From a virus (lineage: Duplodnaviria > Caudoviricetes), in IMG/VR virus record IMGVR_UViG_3300001598_001736, positions 1,297 to 65,296 of that record: a stretch of 64,000 nt of DNA; one strand, 5' to 3'. Both the position numbers and the translations under genes were made by a program. The notes under the pieces were generated by a model. That model made no database searches. It saw only the letters and a program-made list of their open reading frames with translations, and had not been told where the DNA came from. How positions within the stretch are numbered: the stretch's first letter is position 1; each line of letters starts with the position of its first letter. Shown piece by piece: positions 18,835 through 27,583 of the stretch.

Positions 18835-19328
18835 TTCTTTTTACCGCCGCCCTTATGTTTTCCTGTACGATAACCGTGTGTGTAGCGGTTCACTCTGTTA
18901 TTAACTTTCTGAACCTCTTTATCAAACTGATTGGAAATGTACTTACCAACTGCGTCAAGAGCGTTTTCGCAGTAGAAGTGTCCGTTTACAGGCGAGAAAG
19001 GATTCATCTTACTGAAAAATGCTTCTGAGGCATTTCCTCCGAAAAGAAAGTCACACGCCTCATACAAGCGAGATTCAGCCTCTTTGAGAGCTACAACCTC
19101 TGCTTCGTTAGATTCGTCAACCGTTCCATCTGCCTTAATGTTCACATTTTCAAGCGGGGCAGTAATTTTATCAAAATCACCGGCAATTTTATTGTATCTG
19201 TCTATGATACCAATATCGGTAGGTCTAAAATAAAAGACACCGATTTCTTCGCCGTGCTTATTGTAGATAGATTCTTTTACGCTACCGTCATCAACAACGA
19301 TTCCGGTAAAGCTCTTATTTTCTGACAT
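18831..19328 (-). CDS. Tail assembly chaperone
   Basis: Position between major tail protein and Gp15-like gene; ATGA overlap. Confidence 0.65.
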   Translation of the reverse strand: MSENKSFTGIVVDDGSVKESIYNKHGEEIGVFYFRPTDIGIIDRYNKIAGDFDKITAPLENVNIKADGTVDESNEAEVVALKEAESRLYEACDFLFGGNASEAFFSKMNPFSPVNGHFYCENALDAVGKYISNQFDKEVQKVNNRVNRYTHGYRTGKHKGGGKKK

Positions 19329-19346
19329 GTTAAATTGCCTCCTTAT

Positions 19347-19381
19347 AAAGAGAAAAGAGCAGCACTAAACGAACTGCTCTT
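19347..19381 (-). terminator. Intrinsic terminator/attenuator after major tail gene
   Basis: aagagcag / ctgctctt 8-bp stem followed by T-rich tract on the minus strand. Confidence 0.6.
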
Positions 19382-19397
19382 GTTGTTTTTGTAGCGA

Positions 19398-19973
19398 TTA
19401 GCTGTCTTCGCCGTCACCATCGCCGCCTGAACTGCCTGAACCGCCTGAACTGCCTGAACCGCCTGAACTGCCTGAACTGCCTGAACCGCTACCGCCGGAG
19501 CTGTTAGGCGTAAATGTTTTTGTCGTGGTAGTCCATGAACCTTTTGTTCTTTCGCCGGCACAGTAAACAGTAAACGGAATCTGAACACCAGATGTGTCGC
19601 CGCCGAAGCTGTTGGGAACAACATATACCTTTTCTCTGTAAGCCCATTCAACTGTACCGTCAGAATTGAGAAGTACATCAACCTTCGTTGTAATGCAATC
19701 GTCACCCGTAAGGCGCTCATTTGCAATTTTTGAGACCTGTTCAAACAGCGGGTCGCCAACCTCTGCATAGAAGGGGTCGACTTCGCTCTGAACTTCATAA
19801 CCGTTATGGTTTACTGACTGTTCGCCCAAGATGTTCTTTTTAAGTTCAACATCAGGGTTAAGCTCCTCGTTATATTCTTCGAGGTCCTTGCCAAGGCGAA
19901 CATAATTTGCAGTTGTGCCGTTAAAGCTGGCATCAATATAGTGAGCCAGATATTTACGTTCTACTTTAGGCAT
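19398..19973 (-). CDS. Major tail (tube) protein with Gly/Ser tail
   Basis: YVRLGKDLEEYNEELNPDVE...KNILGE; position after neck genes. Confidence 0.8.
   Translation of the reverse strand: MPKVERKYLAHYIDASFNGTTANYVRLGKDLEEYNEELNPDVELKKNILGEQSVNHNGYEVQSEVDPFYAEVGDPLFEQVSKIANERLTGDDCITTKVDVLLNSDGTVEWAYREKVYVVPNSFGGDTSGVQIPFTVYCAGERTKGSWTTTTKTFTPNSSGGSGSGSSGSSGGSGSSGGSGSSGGDGDGEDS
19425..19487. repeat. 7 x 9-bp tandem repeat GCCTGAAC(T/C)
   Basis: Seven consecutive units counted; encodes the SSG/GSG linker. Confidence 0.95.
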
Positions 19974-19974
19974 T

Positions 19975-20418
19975 TTAATTCCTCCTATAAGTTAATTTGA
20001 GTTGAATTTGGTATTTAGCACTATCGCTACCAACCTCAGAAACATATTGTGTGAGAGTTGGAACAATAGATTTAACAATACCTTCGTTTATTGTCGGGAG
20101 ATTTCTTAATGAGTTTTGCTCAATAATCCAACCTATCATTGCATCGTAAAATCCAAGATTGGCAAGATTTTGTCGCACATCCGCCCCGTATTGTTCTTTG
20201 GAAGCAAATATAAAGTTTATGTTCTGAATATCATCGGGGATTTCTTCACCGAGAATATTCTCGTGAAACTTTATTGTTGTCGGAGAAGCGTATATTGCAT
20301 ATTCCGTAGGACTTTCAGATAAATAATCTACTCTGAAACGATTATCTTCTGAAAGAATAGGGCAACCTCTGAACCAATCCTTTAAATGTTCAGTATTGGT
20401 TTTATTTGTTCCTGACAA
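19975..20418 (-). CDS. Tail terminator / neck protein
   Basis: Position and size; ends YQIQLKLTYRRN. Confidence 0.65.
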   Translation of the reverse strand: MSGTNKTNTEHLKDWFRGCPILSEDNRFRVDYLSESPTEYAIYASPTTIKFHENILGEEIPDDIQNINFIFASKEQYGADVRQNLANLGFYDAMIGWIIEQNSLRNLPTINEGIVKSIVPTLTQYVSEVGSDSAKYQIQLKLTYRRN

Positions 20419-20851
20419 CAGCCATCGCCTCCTTAAGAATATCGTCGCAATGATCCGCTTTCATTCGCTCGAACCAAAATGCTCCGGCAAGAGGATTTTT
20501 GTCTTTCTTAAAGACAAGTTCCTTTCCTGTTAAATGCTTTTTCTCACCGGGGCGAGAAAAAAAGCTTGTAGGAACACCGCTGTCATCGTCAAAAATCGGA
20601 ATATTGGGTCCCATTGCCATACCATAGTACAGATACCGTGCATACGGTGTCGAATAAACGACTTTTCCCGGGGTGGATGCAGAATAAGGGCTTTTGGCGA
20701 GAGTTCCTGAATCCATAGGACAATATGGAATGCAGTGTGCTATTACAGCGTTGTCTATTGCAAGCTGAACACGCCCGCCTTCATTTAAGCCGCAAAGTGT
20801 TTTAAGGTCTTCGTCTTTCCAGGAGAATTCAGCCTTAAAAACGGTACCCAT
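20402..20851 (-). CDS. Minor capsid / neck protein
   Basis: PYCPMDSGTLA...YSTPYARYLYYG...GAFWFERMKA. Confidence 0.75.
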   Translation of the reverse strand: MGTVFKAEFSWKDEDLKTLCGLNEGGRVQLAIDNAVIAHCIPYCPMDSGTLAKSPYSASTPGKVVYSTPYARYLYYGMAMGPNIPIFDDDSGVPTSFFSRPGEKKHLTGKELVFKKDKNPLAGAFWFERMKADHCDDILKEAMAVVRNK

Positions 20852-21267
20852 TATGACCCCACCACCTTCCAATGTTTTCCGTTCGGAGCATTTCTGTTAT
20901 CGGTTATTCCCAAGATAGTAACTACCTCGTTATATTTCCGATTGAGCTCTGCGGGTATAGGGTGTTCTTCCGTTGCAATTCCGTGAACGATAATATCTCC
21001 CTCTTTAAGGGTAAAGTTTCCCGAGACATCAGTTGCCTTTGCATACGCTGACGGGTCAAGAAACGATTTACCATTTGCGTTTGAGTTTTCGGGTATTCTT
21101 ATAATGAATTTGTTGGCCGCTTTCAAGCCGGTGTTGTCTACATTCGAGGCAATCTCACGGAACCAAGATACACCGATAATAAGAGTGCGATTATATATAT
21201 CGCAATCATCGGTTTTGTCGAATTTTGCGTTATATAAAGTAATGGTCTCTTCGCAAAGCTTCATCAT
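20851..21267 (-). CDS. Head-closure-like protein
   Basis: Position in the head-tail joining block; FTLKEGDIIVHG. Confidence 0.6.
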   Translation of the reverse strand: MMKLCEETITLYNAKFDKTDDCDIYNRTLIIGVSWFREIASNVDNTGLKAANKFIIRIPENSNANGKSFLDPSAYAKATDVSGNFTLKEGDIIVHGIATEEHPIPAELNRKYNEVVTILGITDNRNAPNGKHWKVVGS

Positions 21268-21647
21268 CGTACACCTCGATACAACAGCGGCGTTCCGTTA
21301 TCGTCAACCTCACCATACAAATAGGATTTTACATACGCATTCATTGCTTTGTCAGCTTCTTTAACATCAAGAGAATGTCCGTAATTTTCTGAATATCCAT
21401 CTGTATTGAAAGATGTAACGACAGGGTTCTTTATCTGTGCTTCTGTACCCACAGAACTGTCTATGGCTATCAGACTTAAAATACATAGTTTAACCGATTC
21501 CGGAACAGAAGCCATATTCTGAACACGAGAATCGGTTAAATAATCTATGCGTTTTCTTGCACGAAATTCGGCTGTTTCAAATTCAGTCTGAGGCAAGGTG
21601 CCACCCTTAGTCGTATATTCTGTGTATGAAAGGTACTTAGTGTGCAT
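21264..21647 (-). CDS. Head-tail connector protein
   Basis: YLSYTEY...ARKRIDYLT...LLYRGV; directly after the capsid gene. Confidence 0.7.
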   Translation of the reverse strand: MHTKYLSYTEYTTKGGTLPQTEFETAEFRARKRIDYLTDSRVQNMASVPESVKLCILSLIAIDSSVGTEAQIKNPVVTSFNTDGYSENYGHSLDVKEADKAMNAYVKSYLYGEVDDNGTPLLYRGVR

Positions 21648-21668
21648 TTTCCTTACCTCCAATTAAGA

Positions 21669-23072
21669 TTAGCCCAGTGAAAGCACACGTGCAATGGGAA
21701 TAGTTTTGTGCGCAATGTACTTTTTGTTTTCGGATTCCTGAGAATTTACAAGTTCCCAGTTTGCACCTGTTTCAAGTTCAAGGTTGGTGGGAGAAAGCTT
21801 TGCCATAGACGCTTTTGTAAAGCTTATGCCATAGGGGGCAAAGCACTTACGCTGGCGTGAATAAAGAGTATCTTCACCGCCGTTCTTTGCAGGGTCACGG
21901 TCCATTTCATAAGGCACCTTTGCACCGCAATCGGTGAGTTCAATAGCACCGTCACCGAGAACATATGTGGTGTAAACGGTCTTTACGACACGGGCAACAC
22001 CGGCAGTTGTGTTTGCTGCTGTAAGTACAGCTGTAGCCGATGAATCTGCTACTACCTCGGGCAGAGCTCCGGTGCCACCGATTACCTGAGTAAGAGTAAC
22101 AACCGCTCCACTCTTTGTTACATTGAAGATACCGTCATACTGTGCGGCAAGAACAGTCTTAAGTGCCGTAGCCTGGTCAGATGCAGAACTGCCGACAGCA
22201 ATAGTCTTGTTCTCATAGCTTGTAGCCTCGCCGAAGGTGTACTCAACACCGTCAATAGACACTTTGTCATCTTCAACGCCTTCGGTACCAACGGTGATTG
22301 TGTGTACACCTTTGGTCTCGGCAGTAATGACCGTGTCATTTGCAGGCATTGTATCGTCAACAAGAACGACACGACCATTCAGAGTACCAATGGCAAGGTC
22401 ACGGGTGATACCGTCCTTGTCGGTATATTTGAGATACGCCAGGAGCTTAAGGTTCTCCATATTTGTTGCAACAAGCGAATGCATAATTGCAAGAGAAAAC
22501 TTACCTTTGTTGTCGCCGCAGGCTTTCTGCATACAGGTGTTAAGCGTTGTACCGTCCATATTTCCGGTGACGCCTTCGCTGTTGGCCTTTCCCGTAACAT
22601 CGTAAGTATGTGCAGATACGAATTTCAGGCCCTCATCATCGGACATCTTGAAAATACCGTTCAGAATATGAACAAGAGTGCCCTGGTCGATTTCATCCCA
22701 GTATTCTGCTACCTGCTCCGCAACATTTGCGAGGAAGTCTTCGCCGCCGGTAATGTCGAATGAGAAATCACGCTCAGTCCATGATTTCATACGGCCTACT
22801 ACAACACGGGAATGAGTGAATGAATATGTATCATCCGACTCCATATTGGTAGAACCGTCATAGTTCTGAGGCTCGGATCCGCTGATAAGGCCTTTGAGCG
22901 GTGTGGTGATATAGTTGCCACCCACCTGATCGGCCATTGCGCTTGCAAGGTCAGGGCGAAGGCGAATTGCACGAGACTTAATCAGCTCTGTGCGGTTGGG
23001 GTTGGTGAGACGTTCAACATAACGCTGAAAAACTTCTCCGTTAAAATTTTTGTGGTTGAATACTTCAGACAT
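21669..23072 (-). CDS. Major capsid protein with ~120-aa internal insertion
   Basis: FNGEVFQRY..., LAIGTLNGRVVLVDDTMP, YTTYVLGDGA, GGEDTLYSRQR; follows the scaffold gene. Confidence 0.88.
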   Translation of the reverse strand: MSEVFNHKNFNGEVFQRYVERLTNPNRTELIKSRAIRLRPDLASAMADQVGGNYITTPLKGLISGSEPQNYDGSTNMESDDTYSFTHSRVVVGRMKSWTERDFSFDITGGEDFLANVAEQVAEYWDEIDQGTLVHILNGIFKMSDDEGLKFVSAHTYDVTGKANSEGVTGNMDGTTLNTCMQKACGDNKGKFSLAIMHSLVATNMENLKLLAYLKYTDKDGITRDLAIGTLNGRVVLVDDTMPANDTVITAETKGVHTITVGTEGVEDDKVSIDGVEYTFGEATSYENKTIAVGSSASDQATALKTVLAAQYDGIFNVTKSGAVVTLTQVIGGTGALPEVVADSSATAVLTAANTTAGVARVVKTVYTTYVLGDGAIELTDCGAKVPYEMDRDPAKNGGEDTLYSRQRKCFAPYGISFTKASMAKLSPTNLELETGANWELVNSQESENKKYIAHKTIPIARVLSLG

Positions 23073-23093
23073 ATTTAGTCCTCCTTTTTGTTA

Positions 23094-23756
23094 TTACTGA
23101 TTGTCAAAATTGATTTCCATGCTCGGATTTTCGTTCTTAGCCTTCATCATTTCAGCAAGACTTTTGGCTTTGCCGCCCACAGGCTGTTTTCCGGTGGGAA
23201 GAACGATGGCAGGTGTGCCGGGTTTAGGATCATCATCAGCCTTAAATGCATCGGGGTCATCTGTCTTATATTTGGCAACATAGTCATCGAAGCCCAACAG
23301 AGTATCTCCGTCCATGGTAAAGCCCTTTTCGATAGCGTCCTGCACAAAGGCTCTCTTTGCACCATTTGATGAGAATTTAAGACCGCTTGCTTTCTCTTTT
23401 ACAGCAAACTCGTATGCCTGCTTGGAGAGCTTGCTTTCATAGCTCTGCTTGTCAGCATCGTATTTTGTCTGTAAATCAGAAAGTGACTGCTGAACAGCTC
23501 CAAGCTTTCCTGCGTCCGCCTGTGCATCTGCAAGCTTTGTCTTGAGATCGTTCATATCTGCATCACGCTGTGTAATCTGTCCCTGCAAATCGGTAATCTG
23601 CTGATTGAGCGTGCCGGTTTTATTGTCGTATTTATCACGGCTGACATATTCACCCTGCGACAAATCGACAATGTTAAGTTTTTCGGCTTTTACCTTTTCT
23701 GCAAGCTGCTCAAAGGTTATAGCCTCGCCGTTGAATAAGATTTTCAGAAATTCCAT
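23094..23756 (-). CDS. Scaffold protein (Phage_GP20-like)
   Basis: GEYVSRDKYD, long coiled coil, acidic/Pro-rich end; precedes the capsid gene. Confidence 0.8.
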   Translation of the reverse strand: MEFLKILFNGEAITFEQLAEKVKAEKLNIVDLSQGEYVSRDKYDNKTGTLNQQITDLQGQITQRDADMNDLKTKLADAQADAGKLGAVQQSLSDLQTKYDADKQSYESKLSKQAYEFAVKEKASGLKFSSNGAKRAFVQDAIEKGFTMDGDTLLGFDDYVAKYKTDDPDAFKADDDPKPGTPAIVLPTGKQPVGGKAKSLAEMMKAKNENPSMEINFDNQ

Positions 23757-23900
23757 AATTTTCTCCAGTTTTCCACCATAGATTTCTTTTATATTCCCGA
23801 AGCCACTCTCCGGGTGTGGTGTCCGTGCATTTATCTCCCGACACGGTAGGGTATTTTGTTTTTATATCAAGTCTCACGACCTAATAACTATTTGGGCATA

Positions 23901-23938
23901 ACAAAAGCCCGGTCTATACTTTCGTATAAATCGAGCTT
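23901..23938 (-). terminator. Intrinsic terminator after minor capsid/immunity pair
   Basis: Minus strand aagctcgatttatac-gaaaa-gtatagaccgggctt-ttgtt; pairs well only on this strand via G-U. Confidence 0.6.
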
Positions 23939-23976
23939 GTTATGGTTTATTAAGTTTAGTATGTAAGCAGTTATAC

Positions 23977-24219
23977 CTACACAATTTCAATTTCGCTTGC
24001 AATTTCTGCAAGAGTTTTTCCATCTATACAAGGAATTGCAATTAGGTCTTCAATAGAATCAGCAGTAGAAAGAATTCCATTATAAGTAAGCCGATATTCA
24101 AGGCTTTCCGTATCTTTATTATGCCAGGCTTCTATATCGCCGTCCTTACCATTGTAAGAGAATTCTATCATATCTGCCATTGTGTCAATTGTATTTACGA
24201 GTTCATCAATGCAGTTCAT
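23977..24219 (-). CDS. Small acidic protein, candidate toxin immunity
   Basis: 80 aa, ATGA-coupled to the minor capsid gene. Confidence 0.6.
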   Translation of the reverse strand: MNCIDELVNTIDTMADMIEFSYNGKDGDIEAWHNKDTESLEYRLTYNGILSTADSIEDLIAIPCIDGKTLAEIASEIEIV

Positions 24220-25679
24220 AGAATATCATCATTCTCCTCTCTTTCGGCATCTGTCAATTCACGAGCTCTGCCATGTACTATCTTTCCGTTTTTGTCTTCA
24301 TAATAATCATGAGCATGCTCACCGTGTTTGCCAAGATGTGACTCAACCGTATGTCCGTGGTCGTTATTTGAAATCTGCTTTATTTGTATTCCGGCTGAAT
24401 CGTAGTAATTTCGGCTGATTCCACCTTTTTTGCTGGTGACTTGTGTAATAGAATCCGGCTGTCCTTTTACTGTTGTTCTGCCCACTGGAATTATATCATG
24501 CCCAGAAGCGTTTTTCAAGGTAGCTTCTCTGATTTTCACTGCCTTAAAGCCTTCAACGCTCATTCGTTGCCGTTTTGTTGGCAAGCCCGATTTTTCAGCG
24601 ATTTGAGCATATTTGCTTCCCAGTGTATTTATGTGTTTTTGGCATTGACGTCGTAATGTGTCATCGCCTGCTATTCTCGCTGCTACGGCGGTATCTTTCC
24701 AACGCCTGACTTCTGTTTCCACTTCACGCATGAGCTGAGATGCTTCATACATTGTGTAATGTTTTCCATCAATTTCGCACCCTTCGTGATTTTGTTGTTT
24801 CCAGTTTGCCAGTTGATTATCTGTATATCTGCGTACCGATGTTTTTGTATCGAACGGAACGGCGAAGTGTCCGCAGTTCCATTCACTTATCGGACGCCTT
24901 ATACCAATATAATGAATTCCGTCAACATCTTTAAAAGAAAGCCCGCTTTGAAGCTTTTTATATTCATCAAGTATAAAAACACGCCCCTGGACCGGTTCAT
25001 GGTCTGGGGCGCTGTTAGCGTGTGCGGATATTTCAACCGCATCATATCCTAATTCTTCACCAATCATATCCGCACCATGCTGCGCTATTTGATTGGTTGC
25101 ATCTATAATGTTTTGTCGAGCTGCGGTATCAAGCCTTCTGTGGTACCCGCTTTCATAATATACTTGAAGCCCATTGTACCCTAATGAACGCACAACGTCT
25201 CTTGTTGCACTTTTATAGTCCGTCACTCCTGTAGAAACGGATAAAACCGCTTTGTCAATGGCTTCTTTATAGTTGTCTTTAACTGCTGTGGTGTTTGAAA
25301 GGTTCTGAAGTTTCTCAGCAGTTTGTTCGCTCACCATTTGTGTGTATCTTGAAAGTTTTGCTTTTATTTCGGGCGCCCTTGCAGAGCCGTTCAAGGCCGC
25401 AGAGAATCGTTTATCTGTATAAACATCATCCATTGCCGCCTCTAATATAACTCTTAAATCTGCCTCGTTTAGCCCCGTTGCAACCTGCAATTTGTCAGTA
25501 ATATCATTGATATCTGCACCCATTTCAACCATAGATACAATTCTGTTGATATTGGATTGACCGAGCTCTCCGATTTTCTTTATTTGGGAAGCAATCTTTT
25601 TTATGTATAAAGTGTTGACATCATCAAGTCGCCCGGTAATAACACCTATTGCAAGTTCAAGGTCTTTTCCGGTCAGCAC
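24216..25679 (-). CDS. Minor capsid (MuF / Phage_min_cap2-like) protein with C-terminal toxin-like domain
   Basis: After portal; EISAHANSAPDHEPVQGRVF...WNCGH; extra ~100-aa tail with NNDHGH...GKHGEHAHDY. Confidence 0.8.
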   Translation of the reverse strand: MLTGKDLELAIGVITGRLDDVNTLYIKKIASQIKKIGELGQSNINRIVSMVEMGADINDITDKLQVATGLNEADLRVILEAAMDDVYTDKRFSAALNGSARAPEIKAKLSRYTQMVSEQTAEKLQNLSNTTAVKDNYKEAIDKAVLSVSTGVTDYKSATRDVVRSLGYNGLQVYYESGYHRRLDTAARQNIIDATNQIAQHGADMIGEELGYDAVEISAHANSAPDHEPVQGRVFILDEYKKLQSGLSFKDVDGIHYIGIRRPISEWNCGHFAVPFDTKTSVRRYTDNQLANWKQQNHEGCEIDGKHYTMYEASQLMREVETEVRRWKDTAVAARIAGDDTLRRQCQKHINTLGSKYAQIAEKSGLPTKRQRMSVEGFKAVKIREATLKNASGHDIIPVGRTTVKGQPDSITQVTSKKGGISRNYYDSAGIQIKQISNNDHGHTVESHLGKHGEHAHDYYEDKNGKIVHGRARELTDAEREENDDIL

Positions 25680-25691
25680 GCTATCACCTCA

Positions 25692-27203
25692 TTATTTTTG
25701 CTTTCCCTTTTCGTCGTTTACTTTCTGTTGGTCATCATCGTCATAGTCATAATCATCATCAGACTTATCCGGAATAAGGTCTTTTATATTCGGCTCTTCT
25801 TCTTTTATTTTCTGAATAGCCGCCTGTGCCTGTGCTTCAGTTTCTCCGAAATACCACTGTCTCATTTCAACTTTGCCGGACATTCCCTGAGCATACAATT
25901 CAAGACGTTCTTTCAACTGTGCGGCTGTATCGGTAATAATGCTGTCATCCCATTCAAAAGATACCTCATATTCGCCTGCGGGAGCGAGGTTATATAATGT
26001 TGCGTATTTATCCATTGCACGAACAACATCACGCAAGCACTGCTCCAATGCGTCTTGGTTATCTTTTATGGTTGAATAAGACCTCTGCTTATTGATACGG
26101 AGCTCTGTGGCAGTTTTAACCTCCTGGTTTGGATCTGCCAAAGTACCACGAGCCAAGCCGACCTGGTCTTCAATTCGTATCAACAGCTGATTAAGCCCTG
26201 CAAGAATAGAAGCGTCCCTTATTGGCGGATTAAATACACGATATGTATCATCCTCTCCGAGGTCAACGCCACGGAACAATCGCTTATTGAGCTGCGGCAC
26301 TTCCATGCCGCCGGCGCCGTTCGGTTTTGGCTTGAGTGCTGTCGGGTCAACATCTACCGCCAACTCAGAGCCTTCATATTCCCAAAGCAAACGACTGTAT
26401 TGTTTGTCTGCTTGTTTTATCGTTTTGGCTGCCTTTGAGAACACACTGACACCCATAGGGCAATCTATATCAATGTTGTTTGCATTAGGCGTTTTGTACC
26501 AACCAAACATCTGACCTTCGGAATCTTTAACTATTGCTTCCGGCTGCAGTCCTTCCCACTGCGGCACTTCTGCCAAAGGTATTTCCGTGCCAAGGTTCTC
26601 TTTGGTTTCAGACTTGAAAGCTCGTTGAGTGATTTTTACATCAGTACCCTCTACCGTGTGCCGTTCAAGTCGGGTATAAATCGTTTTGCCCTTTATGAAG
26701 GTGTCTCGGAAAATACAATCTGTAAGCTCACCATCATCACCGAACGAAACAGGATATAAGCTCCACGCCATAGTCCAATCAAAAAAGATATGGCCGTCTT
26801 TGACATACGGTTTAACAGTCATACCGCCAGATGCACATCCCTGTTCAAGCTTTGTGCGAAGATTTTTTATAAGCTTTTCAAATTCATCGTGAAGATATTG
26901 AGCTCGTTCACTTTCTTCCTCTTCAACAGCTCCCTCTTTGACCGGACCAGATATATTCCATTTCATTTCAAGTAGTGTTTGACGTGCTATCTCGGAGCAG
27001 CAAAGAGAAGCAAGGTTCAGAGAAAACACCGAATCATCGTCAATCCACGGCGCCTGGTCAAGATACATTTTGTACCATAAATCAAGTGCGTTTGCCATAT
27101 CTGTTGACAGAGGACTTTCCAACTGTTCCGCTTTCTCTATGTCTTTATACGGTATCAATTTTCTCACCGCCGTTCTTATAATTTCTTTAAATCTTGAAAA
27201 CAT
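25692..27203 (-). CDS. Portal protein
   Basis: 503 aa between terminase and minor capsid; KTATEL motif, acidic tail. Confidence 0.88.
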   Translation of the reverse strand: MFSRFKEIIRTAVRKLIPYKDIEKAEQLESPLSTDMANALDLWYKMYLDQAPWIDDDSVFSLNLASLCCSEIARQTLLEMKWNISGPVKEGAVEEEESERAQYLHDEFEKLIKNLRTKLEQGCASGGMTVKPYVKDGHIFFDWTMAWSLYPVSFGDDGELTDCIFRDTFIKGKTIYTRLERHTVEGTDVKITQRAFKSETKENLGTEIPLAEVPQWEGLQPEAIVKDSEGQMFGWYKTPNANNIDIDCPMGVSVFSKAAKTIKQADKQYSRLLWEYEGSELAVDVDPTALKPKPNGAGGMEVPQLNKRLFRGVDLGEDDTYRVFNPPIRDASILAGLNQLLIRIEDQVGLARGTLADPNQEVKTATELRINKQRSYSTIKDNQDALEQCLRDVVRAMDKYATLYNLAPAGEYEVSFEWDDSIITDTAAQLKERLELYAQGMSGKVEMRQWYFGETEAQAQAAIQKIKEEEPNIKDLIPDKSDDDYDYDDDDQQKVNDEKGKQK

Positions 27204-27222
27204 TGTCGATACTCACGCTCCT

Positions 27223-27579
27223 TTATACAGCACCGGCACTTTTCCATGCTTTGTATATTTTAGCTCCTTGGTTCGCAATCCAATCGACCATTTCTTCGTT
27301 CCCAGCCCATCCTCCGTCAAAAGCAAATTCACTACCGTTCAATCCGCTTTCGCCGAGGAATGCGTGTACTATTTCGTGCTTTAATGTCTGCTTTTCGCAG
27401 GCGTCAACGGTCTCTTGGTCTTCGTGTTCCCAGCCTTTATATGTTGACATATCGCAGATAACTATTTGTTTTGTATAACTATTGCAATATCCGTCTATGT
27501 GCCTTCTCTCAAAAGCTTCGTCATCCTTGTATTCCTTTTTTGTGATTGCGTACTCGGTACCCAATATATTCACAGTCAT
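27223..27579 (-). CDS. Hypothetical protein with HExxH motif
   Basis: LKHEIVHAFLGESGL...NEEMVDWIA; start MTVNILG after AAGGAAGG. Confidence 0.7.
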   Translation of the reverse strand: MTVNILGTEYAITKKEYKDDEAFERRHIDGYCNSYTKQIVICDMSTYKGWEHEDQETVDACEKQTLKHEIVHAFLGESGLNGSEFAFDGGWAGNEEMVDWIANQGAKIYKAWKSAGAV

Positions 27580-27583
27580 TTTA

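Noticed and set aside
19343-19798. AVQ-repeat ORF as a programmed-frameshift extension of the major tail protein
   Set aside because: It is the alternate frame of the 9-bp repeat, ends shortly after with no domain, and no clear slippery site was seen.
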